A DNA stretch of 64,000 nt from Oikopleura dioica (lineage: Eukaryota > Animalia > Chordata), in the NCBI GenBank assembly GCA_907165135.1, contig OU015566.1, forward strand, positions 11,718,001 through 11,782,000, written 5' to 3'. Made by a program: the position numbers and the translations under genes. Of this stretch, positions 1 to 11,645 are shown piece by piece (position 1 is the stretch's first letter; each line of letters starts with the position of its first letter). The notes beneath the pieces were generated by a model. The model saw nothing but the letters and a program-made list of their open reading frames with translations, ran no database searches and had not been told where the DNA came from.

Positions 1-212
1 CACGTTTAAAATTTGAGTGCTTCATTTCCGGACATAACGTGTTGATATTTTTGGGCAATCCAATATAATCCTCCTTCGAATTCTATTAAATCATGAAATA
101 TAATCGCAGATGATCATAGCGCCCTCCATCAATCCTTCAGTGCTCTATTGAAGAAAGGGTGAGTTAAAATTTTCATCCGAACTTTTCCGAAGAGAAATTC
201 ATTTTTTCAACG

Positions 213-1319
213 ATGAGAATTCTCCTTTTGCTTTTTCTGATCGGTAAAGAAAATAATATTTTTGTCGACAATCATAATTTTTAAGCTCTTGGGCAAAAAA
301 TGGACAAGGAAACAAAGCTCCAAAAGAAAGAAGAGAGGAAACGCCTAAAGAAAGAACTCAAAGAAAAGGTTGAACAGCGATAAATCTTTGTGCAAACAGT
401 TTTTTCAGGAAAAATTAGCGAAGAAGGCGAAGAAAAAAGGACCCAAGTTCCAGGTCAATCTAAAGTCTGCTGATAGCATACCAACCCCAGTGGAAGAAGA
501 ACAGGCTATTGATGAAGCCGAAAGCAGGCTCAACTACACAGAATTTGTCAAGCAATATTCTAAAGCTGTCACGGATCTGGGGATGCGAGAAACGATGACG
601 AATTATTTGATAAATGAGGGCTCGGAAAGAAATATGCTCTGGTCCCTACGAAACAAGGTTTTTCTCTATACTTGCTTTCAGCTGTCTTTACTTTTTAGTT
701 TGAGCTTCAAAATCAAGCAAAAAGCTTTCTTCTGGGAAAACGCATTCCCGTTCCTTTTGCTCAGGGAAAAATTGACGTAAGCAATTGTTAATTTTCAACT
801 TCAAAATTTCACTTTTCCAGCGATTTCCAACCGACCCAACGATGAGCTGCTTCCAGTGCGATGAAAAGGACACCGATGCTTGTTGGAGAAAAGGTAAGGA
901 GCAAATCTGCCACGGCGCAAATCACGTGTGCCAGATCGAGGTAAGAAAGCGCTTCGGCAGAACGGAGCGCATCAGCATGGGATGCAAGCAGCTCAAAGCT
1001 TGCCAGGACAACAAGTTTCAAAATTTCAACCAGAAGCCGGACACGCCAACGAAAGATATTGGGCTGATTATTGACTATCAGTGTAATCCGATTGACTATG
1101 GAAGTGAAAGTACTTGCAGGTAAAAGTTTCTCCGATAGTCAAAAAAGAATAGCTGATAAATCATAAGCTATACTTGCTACACTCTTTCTTAGCCTTCAGA
1201 AAAGTTCTCAAGAGTTCTATTCATAATTCAGACAATGCTGCACGACGAAAAACTGTAATCGTTACTACAATTGGGACAGTTTCCTGACGATGTACGATTG
1301 GGACACGACTCTTCCTTGA
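213..1319 (+). CDS. Secreted Ly6/uPAR (three-finger)-like protein with Lys-rich N-terminal extension; multi-exon
   Basis: ATG at 213 gives a signal peptide (MRILLLLFLI..). Exons include ORFs 370..780 and 785..1123 (CFQCDEK..C..QIC..CQIEVR..MGCKQLKAC). The last exon reads QCCTTKNCN..TLP-stop (TGA 1317-1319), the CC-x4-CN end of LU domains. Confidence 0.7.
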
Positions 1320-1509
1320 TTCCAAAAATCGCTCTTCCAAAATCTTCTGTACAAAGCTTGATAGATTATTTCTGTAAAATAAAATAGCGCTGAAAATTAT
1401 GACAATCATCATGAACTTTATTTTGGTGTTGTCCTGGGGCTGAGATTTACAGTATAGTTTCAAGTCAAGGCACGTGCAAAATTAAATGCTCGGGAGTTGT
1501 AAATAACAG

Positions 1510-2277
1510 TCAGTATTGCTGCGGCGCGACCGATGATTTTACGAAGCGGTTCCTTTTCCAAAACGGCCGCAAGAGGCGAAAATTATTCGAATCATAGCGC
1601 AAACCTAACAAATTAGAACAAAATTTTCTTGTCCAAATTTTACCTTTAGTATCGACGATCGGCCCGTGATCGAAAATCGAGGGAACATTAGGCGGAATAA
1701 CTGTTTCACTTGTATCAATACTCGGCCTGTCGAAACAGAAGACCATCACGGGAAATTCGTTTTGTGGCAAATTTTCTGACACCGTAATAATATGATGGTC
1801 TGAGCTTCTTCTAGCAGTTTTGTAGGCTTCGGAGTCTTGATTTTCAGGAATATAAGCTTTTGTAGGGCGAATTGGTATTGGACTTGAATTATGAGGAGTT
1901 ATGGGCGTTCGAGGAACATCGAGACTAGAAGACTACGATAAATATCCTTTTCATTACAAAAAAAACGGTACCTGAGAGCACCAAAACTATCCACTGATTC
2001 TGATCTAGTCGATAATGCTAGCTCATTTCTGGAATCTTGCTGCGACTCCTGACTCGCATTATTGCACTCGTAAAAGGCCAGTACGGAACCGAGAACTCCA
2101 ACAGTAACACCCGTCGGGATCACCAGTCCAATATTAAATGCTAGAAAGTTCAACTAACAGCGGCCTGTTGAACGGTTACTCACATGAAAAATACACAAAT
2201 AAAACAGTAACAAAGCCTAAAGGGACCATAATAACTCCTGCTAGCACCAAATAAATCGAAATCTCCGCACGTGGCAT
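1510..2277 (-). CDS. Small putative membrane protein of unknown function; multi-exon
   Basis: MPRAEISIYLVLAGVIMVPLGFVTVLFVYFS ends at a GT donor and is followed by hydrophobic ORF 1899..2153 and ORF 1510..1782. No recognisable family. Confidence 0.35.
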
Positions 2278-2339
2278 GCCATTCTCTTACATACAAGTGT
2301 CTCTAAAAATGTTTCTCAAATATCATGCAAAGAGTCATT

Positions 2340-5014
2340 TAAAGTCACTGTCGGTCGGGTTAACAGTAGGAGGAAGTAGCCGAGAGAAAGAAAGTTAGGA
2401 GCAAGAAATGAGTTCTGAAAGATTAATTTCTGTCGGGAGGAAGAGATCCAGCGCGCTACTTGCACAAACAAAGGGCGATGAATTTTTAAAACTTTTCCCG
2501 CCGCCAGAAGGATTTCAGACTTCAGGGGAAGTTATTATTGCAGTGTTTTGATAGTCTGATAGTTCTGTTTTAGTTAATAATGATGCGTCGCGAGCCAGTT
2601 CAAAGATAAACATATCCTTTCGAGTGAGGATGAGCGAAGTTTATTTACAGGAAAAAATAAGCAGCAGCGGAAAACACATGTGAAATTTTGAATCTGACAT
2701 GTAATAAAAAAAAAGCAAAAATGTCCTTCGTCGATTAGATGCTCATAGATCCTCTTAAGCTGGAGCAGTTGCGTCGCTGTGGCAAAAGTACGTAGAAGAT
2801 GAAAATCCACAAACCCTTTTTACGCGTTATTAATACTCAGTTTCTACCATCATGAGATGATGAAGAAAATATATGAAAATGCGTTCCTGAAGGCCGTTGA
2901 CGATGACAAAAGTATAGGTCACAATCAACTGGTACAGTGATTCTCCTTCGTTGTCTAAAATTAATGTTTTAGTAAGATTTCACTTTTGAAAAAATTACCT
3001 TCATCAGCTCGGTACATGAAGGGGGCAAGAAAGTAGGAAATTCCGAAGAGCACTACTAGCCCAGAAGCAACTCTTGTTTGGTCCTAAAAAGAAGAATTGA
3101 AGGTGCTTCAAATATGCGAGCACATACTCGAATGCGCAAAGCTCGGCGAAGTCGATCGGTATCACTTCTCTTGAGACCTCCTCCAGTTCGCCGAATTTGA
3201 ATGATTGTTGACATCACTTTTCCAAAGATGTACACGTTCTTAGTAATTGTAAGCTCGACAGATTGAGAGCAGACTTACCAAGATGAAAAAGCAAGCAAAG
3301 GGAATAACCCAGACGATATAAACCAGGGCCTGGTCGATCCAACAAAACTTGTGCTCGTCGATTCCTAGAGGAACGAAAATTTCAACTCCATTGAAGGACG
3401 AAATCAAAGTCACAGCGACCACGAAAAGAGGTGTTCCCCAGCCGAGAAGGATCAGGAAATTCATGAAGTACTGGGGATAATCTAGAACTCCTTCAGCTAC
3501 CCGAGTGATGCTGAAGTAATGATCGATTGCCTGACTGTACAATCGGTTTCAGATTAGTTTACGGTGAATTTTTCTACTTGAATTTTTCTAAAACCGTTCC
3601 AAGACATCCAGCAGAGACTCGCCAATTGGGCAAACAGGACCATCGTGACAAGAACCTTTCCATAACCAGTGCACATGTGCTCTTCCGATGCCGTGAAGAT
3701 AGTCACATGATCGAAAATGCTCATCGTCATAATCGCTGTCATTTTCATAATGAGCGCGATTGAAAGATGCGTGATCAAGATAGGCTGCTTCGATCGACGT
3801 GACCAAATGCTCGGCGAGCCTCGTTGACCCCGTATTTTCATGATCATCGCGTAAATAACGACAAGGAGGGCGACGATTGAAGCTCCGCAGACAATGTTGC
3901 TTGTCATTTCAAGCCCTTTGGAGTCCACTCGACCAGCACCAGGGTACATATACTAAATTTCAAAGATAGGAAAGGTTTTGGAAGTTAGCTTACGTGGACC
4001 GTGGCGAAATTCGTCAAATGATCAGTCGTACAAGTAACATGAGAGCCATTCTTCGAGACCAGGGAAACTCCTTTGGTGTCCCACTCCTCTCGTTCCCTAT
4101 TCCAGAAGACGCATTTTGTCTTTCCGCCGCGATCTCCACCGGTTCTTTCAAGCTGTGGGAAGACCATATTGATATCGCCCTCTCTGATGTTTTTGCTCAT
4201 GTGCTCTGGGAGATTCACAGAGAGAACAGGCGAGGTCACTTCGATAGAAGTGGATGCTTTCATTTTCGGAGGAGCTTGATAAGAAACTGCAAAGATCCCG
4301 CCGTCAAAATTGTCTCCAAAGGAAAAATTGATTCCCACCGCGTTTTTGGGCTCTTTGTCGCACTCCTTTTTCTCATAGCAATCGAATGAGCTCGTTAAAA
4401 AAGAGCCATTGCTCGCCATAATGCAGAAGTTGGAAGGATCGCCAAAAGAAAGGCAATTGGCAACTTCTGCCTCACTGACCCGTTCTATGGGGAGGATGTC
4501 TTTGATTTCCTTAGTGTCGTAGACATCGGAGTCGTAATCAGCTCCGACCATCAGTTCAGCATGAGCCGGAGTTGTCGTCGACGTAGTTCGGGTAGTTGTT
4601 GTTGTCGTCGACGTAGTAGAGGTAGTAGTCGTTGTTGAGCAATTAGGGTGGCTCACGTTCCACTCGCAGCAGACCCAGTCGGGAAACAGATACGCATCAT
4701 TGCACTTTCTGAAGACAAATGTTGATGCGTTCGTCCCCATTTCGCTCTCGGTTGAATTCACTAGAATGCATTCAATGACCAGAAAAATATAAAAAAATCT
4801 GACCGAGGGAAGAAGTTTCTATCCTTTGAGTGGTTTCACTAATGACTGGATCTGGTGTTACTGTAATACTTTCAGTAGTCACAAAAGTATCATTTAGTTG
4901 CGCAAAAGATATTACTGTTGTATAATCGGATAAGTTTGATTGTGCTGTGGTCGTCTCTGTTTCGTTGAACCAAAAACTTCCATTATTATAGAAAAAAGGG
5001 GCTCGATCCGTCAT
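2340..5014 (-). CDS. Adhesion (class B2) GPCR with Thr-rich stalk, GAIN/GPS motif and 7TM
   Basis: GPS motif CVFWNREREEWDTKGVSLVSKNGSHVTCTTDHLTNFA in ORF 3985..4761. TM exons at 3554..3949 and 3240..3542, a TM6-like stretch near 3030-3080, and TM7-like YTFVIVNGLQ near 2880-2930. The 3' end is approximate. Confidence 0.85.
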
Positions 5015-5119
5015 TTTCTTTTATCTTGTTCAATGTTTTTAGATTTAAAGTTTTCGCGCCAAGAACTTATGGGTGAATAAATAAGAAAATTTGTTTATAA
5101 AAAAATGTTCAAGTTGTTT

Positions 5120-5957
5120 TCACTTACGGTACACTTCAAAAGGCCTGACTACTTGACGATATTGAAGAGAGAACTTCGGGTGTTGAATGTAGCTGATGGT
5201 CTTGAAATCGCTGGGATCTGGAATGCTGAGTATCGCTGTCTTGTTCTTGTCAGTCGATTTGAATTCTATGTTTTTGATTTTGAACTCAAACGAAGGAATC
5301 TTCGCAGCTCCGACCGACGTTTTTCCGCGCAACACAAAAGAATCTGTGACGTTTTCGAAATGTGCATATTCCGATCGAACGGCGGAAAGGAGCTCCGTGA
5401 AATCGGCCCAGACGTTTAGTTTTCGAATCCCTTCAAGACTGAAATAAAATTTGAAAAAAGTATAATCGAGTGCTCGCTCAACTCAAGATGCCATGGCGTT
5501 TTCCTTTTTCCAGTGCCGTTGAAGCTTTCTCTTTTTGGTTCCTCGACGCCCTCGTAGAAAACTTCAAGCAAGATCTTCGGAGCTTTTTTCGTCTTGTCAA
5601 ATCTGGAAGTAAAAGTTGATTGATAAATCTCATTATTTATATCTCTCGCGGTGAAAACTTATTTCTTTGTTTCTGATAGTAAAATCGATAGTCATAAAAA
5701 TAAATATTTCATTTGCAACTTACGGCAACTCCTCGATAAAAGGAGACTTTTCCGTTGAGTAGTCGAATTTTCCAATAGCTCGCCATCCCTGATCTTGACG
5801 TTTCTTGGAAGGAGGGGTAAGATTTGAAGGAGGAGGTCCTCCTGGAGGGGGAGGAGGATTCGGGCCCATTTTCAAGAAAAATTAAAGAAATCTGCACTCT
5901 CTGTCCGTGTTTTTGTGAGAAATGAGAACTGTCATATTTCGATGAAATAGTTTCCAC
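5120..5957 (-). CDS. Hypothetical protein; multi-exon
   Basis: Protein-like open frames bounded by AG acceptors (FDKTKKAPKILLEVFYEG..; LEGIRKLNVWADF..RPFEVYRK-stop). No recognised domain. Confidence 0.35.
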
Positions 5958-6273
5958 GCGTTATCAGTGACGCGATTCTCCTGCGAATGGGTGAATTGAT
6001 AAAAGGAGAAAACCGAGGAGCGCAGCGAAAAAAGACATTCATAAATTCGATAACCAAATGAACTTTTCAATCTGTAACAAAATACCTTTTGGGCAATTTA
6101 TAGAGTTATCTAAAAGTTCAACGCTGGAAGATTTTTAAAGCATCTTTCAGAAAATCAGCGCTAATCCAACACCACCGCAATGACTTGTCCCCTTCACGCT
6201 CGATTTCGGAACATCTTCTTCTCATCATTCCCTGATTCAATAATCACTTTCGGCCAGTCTTTGATTCCGAATT

Positions 6274-9200
6274 ATGAAGCTGATATTTTTCCATTTTCTG
6301 AGCTTGAGTTTTTCGACGATCTTGAACGAAGGAATTTGCGAGAAATCGAAGCTATTGAGAACAGATGGGGAGAGAAAAGGAAAGGATTTGGCGGAGAACT
6401 GGAAGTTTATTGTTCGACTGGAAATATTTGGCGCGTCTGGGGGAGTAAAAACGCCAAGCAAGGGTTAGAAAATTATTTTTTTCATTGAAATATTCATGAA
6501 AATATGTTTTGGGACTCTTTTGACCCTTGAAAGTCACTGTGCTGGTGCAATCATCGACAAGAACTGGATCCTCACGACTGCCAAGTGCATCCGAAATGCT
6601 CAATTCGCAAAGATTTTCTACCCACGGAGAATGGACAATCGCATCACTTCGGACAAGTTCTTTCTCACTTCAGGTGAGTTTCACATCGTGCCAGATTATT
6701 CAGAGAAAAATCCAAAAATTCACGATCTTGGGATGATCAGAATCGATGGCGGCTTTGAGAACTCTGACGATATTGAAAGCATTTGTCTGACAGACAGAAT
6801 TCCAAAGCGAAGGGAAAATTGCTTTGTCGCAGGAATGGAATTTCAAATTTTGAATGAAACAATTTTTTTTATAAAAAAGAGGAATGATTTTTATTTAGCG
6901 TTTTCTTCCTCAGGCGAGGAATACAGTATCAAAGTTTGTATCAAACATCGTATGCGGGTAAGATCCAGTTTCGAGCATTCCAAGCACCTGCGTGAAAATC
7001 AACGCGCTGGGGAAGCATTGACGACAAGTCGAAGAAACCAACACTCCGTTGCCTAAATTCATCAGTGCTGTTTTTAAAGAACGGTAGCTTACGGTCTCTC
7101 TGCCCATTTTTCTTGCACTGGGTCTTGTTGTGCTTTGCTTCGATCTTGCAGGATCGCTTCTGCTTGCACTGGCTGTGGATCTGCACCTGTCCGTTGTTGC
7201 GTCTTTCGGTGAATTCGCAGATCTGATACTTACCGCACTGCTTGATCGCTCCTTTTAGATGGGTCAAGATATTTTTCAACTTAGCAAAAAAGGAAGGGCT
7301 TAAAAGAGCTCTTTCTAGCGCGAATAATATTTCGACCTAAGTCCTGTTGTCTGGCATTTGAGGTAGACATCTTCTGGTGCTCCTTGCTCGTCGCAAATGA
7401 TGCAGCTTCTAGGGTCATCGATGTTGACCAGGTTTTCCCAAGAGTATTGCTGAGCAAAAACAGCGGGGATGAAAAAATTTGAAAATTTCATTTTTGCTTT
7501 CTTAGTTTCTAGTCGAGTGAATTTGTGAAACGAACAATGCGCGCGTTCCTTTTATGTGTGCCCTATTTACATTTATGCATATTAACGTGCGCACTAGAAA
7601 TAATTAGCGTTGTCTTATTTATTCGATTATCCCCTTTCGTTAGCCAGTAGAAATTCAGCTACACGTATACTGACGAGTAGACATAGTTCGTCAAGCTAAT
7701 CCTGTCAACTTCGTAATCCATAAGCGTATGTAACATACCGTATGTTACATACGGTATGTCGCAAAAAAATCATGAAGGAAATTTCTTCAAGATGGCATTA
7801 GAATTGTTGATAGTCCGGAACTCGACTTGACTCAAGTTCAGAAAACTTTGTTTTTTTTTGAATATTTCATTGCAAACAAATGACCAAGTTGAATGTAGGT
7901 TCCTAAAATTCTCGTTATTTTTTCTTAGAAAATAATTAAATTAGGGCTCCTCTTACGCTATAAATTTTAAGTTGTAATCTACAAAATCATCAGTATCCTA
8001 AAAAAAGGATGCAATCTAAGCCTTAGATTCTTAGGTAGAGCCTCTACCGTAGAGGAAAAAACTGCTGCTTCCAAATCGAAAAGATATGTCTCCATCAATG
8101 GCTCTGACGATCGTATTTTCGACGAGAATGATGGAAAATCCCAATACAGGCCAGATCAAGACCCTTATCAGCTTGAAATATGGCCAAAATTTCAGCGTCT
8201 AAAACTCATCTCTATAATTTTATGACCCAGGAAATCTAGCATCAACTGAATTGAATTAAAAATTTCTAAAATTTGAAGGATTTTTTTATCTTCTGCTGAT
8301 AAGATCGACAACACTTTTAAATGATGGAGTAATTCGTATTTTCTTCTTCTTTAAACAATAGCTAATTGCATATGTACGTGCGTAACGTGGGCTCTCGAAA
8401 TGATAATCCTGCTGCTACAAAGAACTTCCGCTCATTATCCAAAGTGTATTAATGAAGCTAAGCTTCCATTGAACAAACGTTTCCCTAAACGTGGAAGACT
8501 TATAAAAACTAATTGCTATCCATGTCATTTTGTATTAAATTCCTAAAAAGGCTGGGGAACTGCTCGAGGAAAGAAGCCAAAAAGCCTCCTTCGCGAAGCT
8601 CAAGTTTCAATCATGGACCTGCGCGCTTGTGGTCGACCAGGAAAGGGCTTTTTTAGTGACAGTCATTTATTTACAGGGAATTAACGTTTTTCAATCTTAT
8701 TCAGTAATCGAAAGTTTGAACCCATCCCCATTGGGGATCCGAGATCGCCGTCCTCTTGGAAACCTCTGGAGAAATAGTTGTTCAAGTAGTTGAAATTGCT
8801 CCGGCCGGAACCTAACCAGCTGGCGGAGGAAGGAGCTGCAAGAAAAATAATAGCTAAAAATCGCATTTTTGAATTCTGGGAGGTTGATTATCTGCCTCCG
8901 TGTTATACTGTATAACTCTTCTATATAACTTATACAAGCGCTTCTTATTATACCTGCACTCGGCGCAAAATGCATAATTGATCTCGATCATAGAAAGAGG
9001 AGTATCTTGTATTAGAATAACTTGTGATCAGTGTTGGAAGGATTAATATTGGATTTTCTCTTGAGTTTTCCAAGAGTAATTCGAATACCAAATGAACCGG
9101 CTAATACTGAACTTTCGTAAATAACATTAAAAAAAAGAGGAAGACTATCTAAGCCTTTGTAAAGATACTTACGGTCCCTATTTCGACGATTACTTCTCCC

Positions 9201-9565
9201 TTTGCGCTGGACTCTGGTCGGCACCGGAAGGCAAATGTCTGGGAGATTTCGGAGGGCCACTGGTTTGCTATGATGGGGAACGGAATCTGCATTTGTCAGG
9301 ACTAGTTAGCTGGGGATTGAGCTGCGAAACAGTCGACAAGCCTGGGGTTTACACGAGAGTGTCCAGATATATTTCCTGGATCAAAGATACAATTGAAGAA
9401 TACAGAACATTGGAGAAAGAGGAGATCGAAAATCGAGTGAAGATAATGCAAGCTGAAAGCCGCCTCCTCTCCAACTTTTTTAATGCATTTGAGTTACCGA
9501 CAACTACTGTACTTTCGACAACAGTAACAACAACCTCGCAGACTGCAACTCTTCAGTCGGGATAA
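6274..9565 (+). CDS. Trypsin-family (S1A) serine protease homolog, predicted catalytically inactive, with a ~2.2-kb central intron
   Basis: N-terminal half: signal-like 6274.., then HCAGAIIDKNWILTTAKC and HDLGMIRI (6496-6830). C-terminal half: CKDTYG..SLCAG..CLGDFGGPLVC..LSGLVSWGLSC..KPGVYTRVS (9150-9565). Joining the two halves into one gene is inference. Confidence 0.7.
6910..7491 (-). CDS. Secreted Ly6/three-finger-like protein, paralog of the 213..1319 gene, nested antisense in the protease-homolog intron
   Basis: ATG at 7491 gives MKFSNFFIPAVFAQQ, then RSCIICDEQ..KCQTTG|AIKQCGKYQICEF..QCKQKRSC..STCRQC. Cysteine spacing parallels gene 213..1319. Confidence 0.7.
8681..8866 (-). CDS. Putative small secreted peptide precursor (or first exon of a larger gene)
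   Basis: 61-aa ORF with a clear signal peptide (MRFLAIIFLAAPSSA), basic sites (GR, R) and a terminal KR. Confidence 0.4.
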   Translation of the reverse strand: MRFLAIIFLAAPSSASWLGSGRSNFNYLNNYFSRGFQEDGDLGSPMGMGSNFRLLNKIEKR

Positions 9566-9718
9566 AAGAAGGAGCATATAAGAAGCGGAGATAATAAATG
9601 CATAATGCAAATGCAAAACATTTTTGCTTTGAAAACTAACTTATTTAAGAAAAGATGGTCCATATTTTTCGCTCATCATTACTGATGAATATCCATTTTC
9701 TTTTGAGTACTAACAACT

Positions 9719-10531
9719 GGCTGGGGGGACAAAAGTCTAGCACCGCCCGAGGGCCAGGATACCACACTCGCTACTAGCCAAAATATGGGGGCGCAACGGA
9801 GCGCGCCCGCTGAAATGAAAAGCACTTCCTTAGGAGATTGAAGAATTTCTAAAGGTGAAAGCTTATCTGAAGATAAATTTCAAAGGAATTTAAACCAAAA
9901 GAGTTGATACAAATAATGAATAATTACTTTTTATTATTCTTTATTTACTTAACGAAATCATTATAAATTATATTAGTATAAATTATTACAGTCTATAATT
10001 TAAAGTCTATAAATCAAGTTTGTTCACAAAAATTCACAGAGCAAAAAGAATAATGACTGGATGATTTTTTATCTTCAGTATTAATCTTTATTAATTCAAT
10101 GATCCTCTAATACGAGCAGAAAGTATTAAATCTAATTGCCCCTTACCACGGGGCTTCGCCCCTTAGGTCCTAAAATGCCGGGGTCTAGTCTAGGGTTACT
10201 TAGGGTTACCTTCGGTAACCCTAACTAACCCTAGCCTATCCCCCTCGGGTGAAACTGTTCTGTCATTTTGCGCGGTGCCCCCTAACCCTAACATTTAAAT
10301 TAAGTCAATCATTAATTAAAGCCAATCATAATTTTAATAAATTCATTTAGTTGCAAAGTCCATGAGAGTGTAGGTAGTTGAGAGAGAAAAGAGAAGGGAT
10401 TTTGAATTGCCAACTCAGAATTGGGCAGCTCTCCAGCGAGAGTCTTGCTCGCGAGCGCTACTCAGCGAGGGCCTGTATCGCGGTGTGGTAGCTCGGCCAG
10501 GAGTTGGTGCTAGACTTTTGTCCCGATTCCC
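9719..10531. mobile_element. Non-autonomous Mutator (MULE)-like MITE, 813 bp
   Basis: Perfect 19-bp inverted match GGGACAAAAGTCTAGCACC (9726-9744 / 10506-10524), lying 7 nt inside each end, with partial similarity further in. 9-bp direct repeat CTAACAACT at 9710-9718 and 10532-10540. Both ends start GG; the interior is AT-rich. Confidence 0.8.
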
Positions 10532-10591
10532 CTAACAACTTCGTCTTCGCATCCCCGACCTTCTTTTATCCCGAAGCAGGCACTGGACACA

Positions 10592-11559
10592 TTGAGTACA
10601 AGTTCGATTGAAAGTGAATTTGGAACCAATGGATCAATCTACGATAACTCTGATAATGACGAAGATATCTTCAATTTTTTAAGCCGTGGAAAGAAAAAGA
10701 ATATTAACAGCATTAGCGCCTTAGAAACGCCCTGTGGCAGAGTCGATGAAAAATTCAATGTGAGTTTTAGGAATTCTCAATAATCGTTGACCATGAAGCC
10801 ATTAATATTATTGCTTTAATCGAGCAGTCGATAACTACCCAATTTTTCAATTTCATACTGTTATTTATATTATAGATCGGCGAAGAAGTTCAAGTAGATT
10901 GTCAAAATAGAAGATGCGCTTTCTCGTGTTTGGATTCTAGTTTGCGTCCAACGTTGAAACAAGCCTTTTGCAAAAACACACGCAAAACAAGGTGGTCGCC
11001 AAATAAAAGAAAACAACCGGTCAGATGTGTGGAAAAGTCAAAGAGCACTTTGTGCGGAGATCTTTACAGGACAAGGTTCGGAAATGAACAAACAAATAGC
11101 ATACTTATAATTTTATAAATGCAAGGCTAAGTTCAAGAACCTCTAAAAAGTGTCTTCAATATTTCAGCTGAAATAGAAGCCAACTGCCGAGGAAAAAACT
11201 GTAGATTTTCATGTCCCGCAGGTCAAGAGCCCTCTCATCCGAAAGGCATCGCATGCAAACGTCCCCGTGTGGAGAAATGGTCTGAGCCACACGACACGAG
11301 AATCGAGTGCGTTCAATCTGACCCCAACTTTAATGACTTCACGGAGCAATGTGGACGCCTGAGAGATCATCCAAAATCCAACTGGGTCACCAATGCTCCA
11401 AATTTAAATGTTGTCTGCGAAAGGAAGAAAAAGCGAATGCAGCGATGCAGATTGAGCTGCTCGAATGGAAAGAATCTCAGCGGAGCTTCGACGATTGCTT
11501 GCTTCAGAAATTCAACAGGAATCTTTTTGGAATCTTACGAAGAGCGAAAATGTCTGTAG
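10592..11559 (+). CDS. Cysteine-rich repeat protein (three sushi/CCP-like modules), probably extracellular
   Basis: Repeated module CG..V.C..C.(F/L)SC..C..W..CV across exons (e.g. VDCQNRRCAFSC, ANCRGKNCRFSC, VVCE..RCRLSC). The 5' end is unresolved. Confidence 0.55.
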
Positions 11560-11645
11560 AAGAATTTAGGCAAACAACTGTAAATAAAATAATAGTGCGG
11601 CATGTTTAAAATACTCTGGGCAGTAAAAATGTCGTTTTTGCTTCT

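Noticed and set aside
7726-7759. Overlapping short palindromes CGTATGTAAC/GTTACATACG and ATACCGTATGT/ACATACGGTAT
   Set aside because: Isolated, with no second copy, TSD or ribozyme core found, so there is not enough support for a feature.
10190-10295. Telomere or interstitial telomeric array
   Set aside because: Only a few degenerate TTAGGG-like units, arranged as a hairpin inside a MITE. Reported under that element instead.
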